Origin: Candidatus Woesearchaeota archaeon
Lineage (GTDB): Archaea > Nanobdellota > Nanobdellia > Woesearchaeales > SKGA01
Direction: 5' to 3'
DNA: 64,000 nt
Assembly: GCA_021734105.1 (NCBI GenBank)
Contig: JAIPJP010000001.1
Span: 36,603-100,602, forward strand
The notes under the pieces: model-generated
The model's input: the letters and a program-made list of their open reading frames with translations, nothing else
Told to the model about the DNA's origin: nothing
Databases searched by the model: none
Shown: positions 58,757 through 64,000 of the stretch, piece after piece
How positions within the stretch are numbered: the stretch's first letter is position 1
Layout of the letters: each line of letters begins with the position of its first letter
Made by a program: the position numbers and the translations under genes

Positions 58757-59076
58757 AGTAGTTATTTTTTGAAAATACTTTTTAAATATTCTCTTTCTTA
58801 GGAGCTGTTTAGAATAGTTGAGGTATACTGCCTTGAAGATTTCTTAAGATAAACAAAGGAAAAAAATTTATGCTATGTGGATAAAATAAACTTGTTCAGC
58901 TGTTTTTTTTGGCTATGTAAAATTTGGCTGTTTGTTATTTAGTCTAGAGGAAAAATAATTATTTTGAGTAGAGAAAATGATTTCTTTTTAAAGCAAAAAT
59001 ATTATCTATGAAGCAAAGCCTTTTCTTGAGTTGTTAAATACTTATTTTTATAAATACTTGATTATTTTGATTCTGT

Positions 59077-59727
59077 ATGGGTAAGAACAATTGTTCGTTA
59101 GATGACGTTTTCGCAGATAACTTTTTCTTTGAAGAAGATGTTAGTACGCGCAAAAGTTCCTATCGTGCCTTTTTTGACAAAACCATGCATTCAGATGAAA
59201 TTACGGAGTTTATTGCCAATAATCAATTCAGTTTAAGAATATCAGAGACTCCTCTTGAAGAAAGTGTTTCAAAAGTTGTTTTAGGACGGCATTTAGCTTC
59301 TGAAATTACAGAACAATATGGGCAGTTCACTCTACAACATCGACAAAGATTAGAATTGTTTGCAAATTGGTTTGCAAAAGAAGAAAATCCTTCAAAGAAC
59401 AATTTTCATTCTTTTCTTGTTGATATGGGCGTACGTGACTTTTTAAATTTTTTTGACGGGTATGATCATGCTTTGAAATTACTCACTACCTTACCTTCGT
59501 TTTCTAGCGTGTTAAAATTTGTTAAATGTACTAAAGAAATTTTTAAACCTTTAACGTTATCGGGAATTCAAACGAGTAATCCCGCTGTAATTGATGAGGT
59601 GATAGAATTATTTCATAAAACTATTAAACAAGAAGGTCTTACTAAAAAAGAAACGCATCATTCAAATAACTTCGGTAATGATATTCTCGTCTCGCCAGAT
59701 AAAAAAAATACCTTTTTACGTATCTAA
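59077..59727 (+). CDS. Hypothetical protein. This is the 5' part of a gene apparently split at an A8 run.
   Basis: The ORF ends 24 nt after the A8 homopolymer at 59703-59710 ('cagataaaaaaaatacc'). Confidence 0.4.
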   Translation: MGKNNCSLDDVFADNFFFEEDVSTRKSSYRAFFDKTMHSDEITEFIANNQFSLRISETPLEESVSKVVLGRHLASEITEQYGQFTLQHRQRLELFANWFAKEENPSKNNFHSFLVDMGVRDFLNFFDGYDHALKLLTTLPSFSSVLKFVKCTKEIFKPLTLSGIQTSNPAVIDEVIELFHKTIKQEGLTKKETHHSNNFGNDILVSPDKKNTFLRI

Positions 59728-60430
59728 CGAACATTTGTGGAAAGATATTTCAACTGTGTATCCTAACTTATCTCCAACACAAAAATCTTGGTTAATTGAA
59801 TTTGCGAAATTTTATTTTATAAAAAATTTACCTTCTAAGAAAAAATATGTTACTTTTTTTAGTTATACTCAGAAAACAACAATAAGAACTTATTTAGGTC
59901 CCTATCAATATTGTGTTAATCTTGTTAAGGGTTTAAATGCTTATACAGATTATATGGTTACAAATGGACTAGAACATAGTTTTTCTTCTTCTGACAGAAG
60001 TAATGAATCTACTAAAAAGTCTCTTTCTAAGGAAAAAATTAATGGTAAAAAGAATAATTTAAATGGGTGCAAGTCAACGATTGATGCGTTTGTAACTTAT
60101 AACAATAATAACTTAGTTGTAGACAGTAGTGATGTTGGAATAGTTAGTGATGAGTCTACTAAAAAGGAATTATTACATGAGTTGTTTAGCGCACGTTATA
60201 ATGTTAAAGTATTAAATGCTTTAGAAGATTTTTTTGATTTTATTGAGCAAAGCGAAGATCTTTCTTTTTCTACATTTAAAAAATATAATAGGCGAGCACA
60301 CCAAAATCTTAAGAAACAATTTTATTCTCCTGCGCTAGTGTATAAACAAACCTATAAATTTTTTAGTGAGTTATATTCTTGTGTAAATTGGCCTAAATTT
60401 AAGCAAATTGAAAAAATGATGTATGAGTGA
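59678..60430 (+). CDS. Hypothetical protein. This is the 3' part of the split gene, in the +1 frame relative to the previous ORF.
   Basis: It overlaps the upstream ORF by 50 nt, and the frames merge at the A8 run. Confidence 0.4.
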   Translation: MIFSSRQIKKIPFYVSNEHLWKDISTVYPNLSPTQKSWLIEFAKFYFIKNLPSKKKYVTFFSYTQKTTIRTYLGPYQYCVNLVKGLNAYTDYMVTNGLEHSFSSSDRSNESTKKSLSKEKINGKKNNLNGCKSTIDAFVTYNNNNLVVDSSDVGIVSDESTKKELLHELFSARYNVKVLNALEDFFDFIEQSEDLSFSTFKKYNRRAHQNLKKQFYSPALVYKQTYKFFSELYSCVNWPKFKQIEKMMYE

Positions 60431-60466
60431 TAAGATTTATAATGCTTGTTTCATTCTTCTCTTTTG

Positions 60467-61495
60467 ATGAATACTCCTTGGCCGTTTCCAACAGCAGCAA
60501 CTGCTGATTTTCCCAATATGACGCTTGAAGATATTCTTGCGCTTTCCTTAGAAGAGCCTTTACTCAGCGTTGCGTGGAATTTTATGACTGATAGTAAGGG
60601 ATGTTCTTCCGCATTTCTTTCACCATCGCTTGCGCAGGCAAGACAAGAACTTATAGCTGAATTTGAAGCCCATAGAAGATATCTAGTATATGATGAATCT
60701 AGTTCACTTCGCTTTTATGAAGAAATTGTTCAAGAAGGCGGTAAATTTACCTCTCTTGCTGAGGCTAAAGAGCGTGTAGCACAATTAGAAGCAACAATTA
60801 CGCATTTAGAAGATGCTGATAGATGGATAAAAAAATTGGCCTCGGTCAATCTTGGTCATTTCACCTACGAAGAAAAACATTCACGTTCTCTTATGGAAAC
60901 AATGGTATATGATGTTGCTGATTTTGCAAAACTTTTTTTTCATGCTAGTCTTTTAGGCAGTGTTAAAGAGCGCCAACCCTTGCAATCCGTAGAAGAGTTT
61001 CAAGCTGCTTTTTTTGAGCAATACACTCATGCGTTGTGGCGAGATGCAGATTTTGCGTGGTATACTAATACTATTCCAAAGGAAACTTCTTTTCCTAGAA
61101 TTGAAGCTGAACTCAAAAAACTTTATGAAACCATCACACAAGCTCCTGATGATGCAGTGTTTATCACAAAAGGATATTTTAGTTCTTTTTTTAAAAAACC
61201 AAAAGAATTACACGTAGGTGATTTCGAAGAATTTGAGTATGATGCAAAAACAAATGAGTTGGTGTATTCATTACAAGTTCCTTCATATAGACTCGGCGTA
61301 AAGGAAAATTATCCTTGTGTGCTTTTTGATGATAAAAAAAATAGTTTTGTTGGTTCTAATGTAGAACTATATTCTCGAAATGAAGCTAAAGAGTATCTTA
61401 CTATATTGCATCATGAGTACAAAGAAAAAGCGCCAAATGGCACGTTGACAAATAAGGAGCTAGCACAAGCTGTTGATAGTTTATTTGAAACATAA
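60467..61495 (+). CDS. Hypothetical protein of about 340 aa.
   Basis: I chose the ATG at 60467 ('MNTPWPFP') because the track start is a TTG. There is no recognisable motif. Confidence 0.5.
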   Translation: MNTPWPFPTAATADFPNMTLEDILALSLEEPLLSVAWNFMTDSKGCSSAFLSPSLAQARQELIAEFEAHRRYLVYDESSSLRFYEEIVQEGGKFTSLAEAKERVAQLEATITHLEDADRWIKKLASVNLGHFTYEEKHSRSLMETMVYDVADFAKLFFHASLLGSVKERQPLQSVEEFQAAFFEQYTHALWRDADFAWYTNTIPKETSFPRIEAELKKLYETITQAPDDAVFITKGYFSSFFKKPKELHVGDFEEFEYDAKTNELVYSLQVPSYRLGVKENYPCVLFDDKKNSFVGSNVELYSRNEAKEYLTILHHEYKEKAPNGTLTNKELAQAVDSLFET

Positions 61496-61811
61496 AACAG
61501 CGACATTTATAAAGCAAACCTGTTTTCTTACGTTTAGTATACGCATAGTATGTGTTTATGGTCACTTATGAGTTGCCAGAGCGTTGCATTCCAGCATAAG
61601 TGAAAAAAAAGAAAAACACAATATTTATGATTGGTGAGAAAGTCATAGAAATATATTCTTATATTTCTAGGGCGCAACAAATCCTTATTGCGGATTTGTG
61701 TGCAAGAAGTCCTTTGGTCTTCTTTGCACCAAAAACCAGATGGTTTTTGTGCGTAACGTAACGCTCCTTGACAAGAACTGAGTTAACTTTTTCTAACGTA
61801 TAGTAAACAAA

Positions 61812-63497
61812 ATGAGTACAGAAAATAGTAATTTTGACAATTTAGGGCTTGCTGAAGGCATGCTCAAGATGATTAAAGAACAACATTTCACACAGCCAAC
61901 TGAGATTCAGTTAAAGACTATTCCTCTAGTTGTCGAAGGTAAAGATGTTATGGGTGGCAGTGCTACTGGGTCTGGAAAGACGTTAGCATTTGGTGCTGGT
62001 ATTATTCAAAACTCTGAATCTGGTCATGGCATGCAAGCATTAGTCTTAGCACCAACTCGTGAACTTGCTGAGCAAATCTCAGAAGCACTCAAAATTTTTT
62101 CTCGTTGGAAAAAACTTAAAGTTGGTGTTATTTATGGTGGTGTCTCTTATGGACCTCAAGAACAAGCATTAGCAAAATGCGATATTATTGTTGGAACACC
62201 AGGAAGAATTCTTGATCACATGGAACGCGGTAATATTAACTTTAGCAAATTAAAACATCTTGTTTTAGATGAAGCTGATAGAATGCTTGACATGGGTTTT
62301 ATTGATGATGTAAAAAAGATTATGGGTCAATGTCCTAAAGAGAAGCAAACCTTACTTTTTTCAGCAACGCTTCATCCTGAAATTACAAGTCTAGCTAAAA
62401 AATTCATGCATGATCCGGTAAAGATTTCAGCAATCGAGCATGTTGATCCAAAAAAATTAACGCAAGTCTATTATGAAGTTGCAGGACCCTTAAAGTTTTC
62501 ACTACTCGTTCACTTGCTTAAAAAAGAGAGAACCTCAGGTCTTATCATGATTTTTTGTAACTCTCGTCGTATGGTTGACGTGGTTGAGAAGAATTTGAAA
62601 AAACAAGGAATATCTGCTATGGCAATTCACGGCGGTTTAACCCAAAACAGACGAAGCGGTGTTTTAGATTCATTTCATGGTGAAAAAGCAGATGTGTTAG
62701 TATGCACTGATGTTGCAGCTCGTGGTCTTGATATTCCGCAAGTAACGCACGTCTACAATTATGATATTCCTGCTGACGGAAAATCGTACGTGCATCGTAT
62801 TGGTCGTACAGCTCGAGCTGGAAAAGAAGGTCGCGTAGTAAATTTATTATCGCAACGAGATCATCCTAACTTTTCAAGAGTCTTGTATGAGAATGATTTT
62901 GAAGTAACAAAATTGGAAAAACCATTCATTGACCAAGTGAAAACCGATATGACTCGTTCTGATAGAAAGCCAGAGCATCGTGGTCCTCGACAATATGACC
63001 GAGGGGATAGTCGCGCTCGTGAGCGTCCAGAAAGACGAAGCTATGGTCAACGAGAGTCTCGAGACGAAAGTCCTCGACGACGTTTTGGTAGCGACTCTGG
63101 AAATGACAGACCAAGAGGTAACTTTGGTAGTCGTTCTCGTGAAGGCGGTAGTGATAGATCTAGAAGCAGTTTTGGTGATAAACCTCGAAGTAGCTTTGGT
63201 AATCGTTCTCGTGAAGGTGGTAGTGATAGACCTAGAAGTAACTTTGGCGATAAACCAAGAAGCAGCTTTGGCAGTTCTGCTCCTAAGAAACAATTTAGTA
63301 GCCATAAACCAAGAGAAGGCAGCGAAGGCAGTAGTTCTAGACCTCGTGGAAATAAATTTGGTGGTCGAGATGGTCCTCGCGAAGGTAATCGTGGAAGTAG
63401 TCGTTTTCGAACAAATGATAAACCAAAAACTTCTTTTAACAATCGAGGCGGTGCGCGCGGTGCTGGTAAAAGTCGGCAACGAACCACGCAACGATAA
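61812..63497 (+). CDS. DEAD-box ATP-dependent RNA helicase with an Arg/Ser/Gly-rich repetitive C-terminal tail.
   Basis: The motifs are 'GSGKT', 'PTRELA', 'LVLDEADRMLDMGF', 'FSATL' and 'HRIGRTARAG'. The tail contains two tandem copies of 'RSREGGSDR(S/P)RS(S/N)FGDKPRSSFG'. Confidence 0.9.
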   Translation: MSTENSNFDNLGLAEGMLKMIKEQHFTQPTEIQLKTIPLVVEGKDVMGGSATGSGKTLAFGAGIIQNSESGHGMQALVLAPTRELAEQISEALKIFSRWKKLKVGVIYGGVSYGPQEQALAKCDIIVGTPGRILDHMERGNINFSKLKHLVLDEADRMLDMGFIDDVKKIMGQCPKEKQTLLFSATLHPEITSLAKKFMHDPVKISAIEHVDPKKLTQVYYEVAGPLKFSLLVHLLKKERTSGLIMIFCNSRRMVDVVEKNLKKQGISAMAIHGGLTQNRRSGVLDSFHGEKADVLVCTDVAARGLDIPQVTHVYNYDIPADGKSYVHRIGRTARAGKEGRVVNLLSQRDHPNFSRVLYENDFEVTKLEKPFIDQVKTDMTRSDRKPEHRGPRQYDRGDSRARERPERRSYGQRESRDESPRRRFGSDSGNDRPRGNFGSRSREGGSDRSRSSFGDKPRSSFGNRSREGGSDRPRSNFGDKPRSSFGSSAPKKQFSSHKPREGSEGSSSRPRGNKFGGRDGPREGNRGSSRFRTNDKPKTSFNNRGGARGAGKSRQRTTQR

Positions 63498-63545
63498 TTT
63501 TTTTTATTTTCTACTTCTTTTTTTTGTTTATTTGCTTTTTCTACT
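63498..63545 (+). terminator. Oligo-T tract after the DEAD-box gene. Its position suits an archaeal-style terminator.
   Basis: 'taattttttttattttctacttcttttttttgtttatttgctttttc' follows directly after the stop. Confidence 0.35.
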
Positions 63546-63731
63546 TTTTGAAAAATGTTCGTTTGATAATTGCTGAGCAATTTTTTTGTTCAGTACAACA
63601 CTTTATCTAAGAAGAATAAGGACTTTTAAGAAACTGTTGTAATTCAATCTACAATAGTATAATAATACTAGAAGGTAAAACAAAAAAAATAAAAAAAATG
63701 TGGTAAACTAAGAATACTGTATGAGTATGAT

Positions 63732-63926
63732 TTATTCTACTAGTGTGACGTTTTCAGCCTTTGGGCCTCGTTCGCCTTCCACTACTTCAAAATTTACTTC
63801 GTCGTTTTCGTTTAGTTTCATACCAGGTGTTAAACCGGTCATATGTACAAAATACTCTTTGTCGTCTTCGCCTACAATAAAGCCAAAGCCTTTACTTACG
63901 TTAAAAAATTTTACTTTTCCTTTCAT
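63732..63926 (-). CDS. csp: Cold-shock domain protein (CspA family).
   Basis: 'MKGKVKFFNVSKGFGFIVGEDDKEYFVHMTGL' carries RNP1 'KGFGFI' and RNP2 'VFVHM'. Confidence 0.85.
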   Translation of the reverse strand: MKGKVKFFNVSKGFGFIVGEDDKEYFVHMTGLTPGMKLNENDEVNFEVVEGERGPKAENVTLVE

Positions 63927-64000
63927 TTTAATTTTACTCTCATTTTATTATCAACGGATTTCTCCCTTGATTATCACTTAAAAAACACTCAGAGTATATA

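Overview
This is an AT-rich window, roughly 35-40% GC judged by eye, and it is gene-dense on both strands. I found no rRNA, tRNA or CRISPR array.

Several ORFs carry archaeal or eukaryote-type signatures. There is a short Dph2-like diphthamide synthase, a Taw3/TYW3-like protein with an 'SSCSGR' motif, and a Nog1-type GTPase. There are also TATA-like boxes about 25 nt upstream of some start codons, which would fit leaderless transcripts. These sit alongside elements more typical of bacteria: a DnaB-family helicase, a C-terminal sorting-tail domain of the type used by the type IX (Por) secretion system of Bacteroidota (T9SS), RadC, Fic, CspA, and Shine-Dalgarno-like GGAGG motifs. My working inference is a small-genome, DPANN-like archaeon that has acquired some bacterial-type genes. 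I cannot prove that from this window.

Main content:
- A cell-surface operon runs from 113 to 16727 and is headed by a giant cysteine-rich protein of more than 3340 aa. Its frame is open to the window edge, so the gene probably starts upstream. Five more large secreted or anchored proteins follow.
- Housekeeping genes include metG, a P2-type cation ATPase, a Kef-type antiporter, a DEAD-box helicase, csp, an isochorismatase-family hydrolase and methyltransferases.
- An accessory, defence-like cluster lies at about 52.0-56.6 kb. It holds a Cas4-like nuclease fused to a DEDD exonuclease, Fic, and RadC translationally coupled to a RelE/ParE-like fusion. A Tam41/Mmp37-like CDP-DAG synthase homologue sits just downstream.
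- There are unusual intergenic repeat blocks at 19.7-20.2 kb and at 54.8 kb.
- A DnaB-type helicase has a non-canonical N-terminus.
- A gene at 59.1-60.4 kb is split at an A8 homopolymer.

All domain calls come from motif recognition in the translated ORFs. Nothing was checked against a database.
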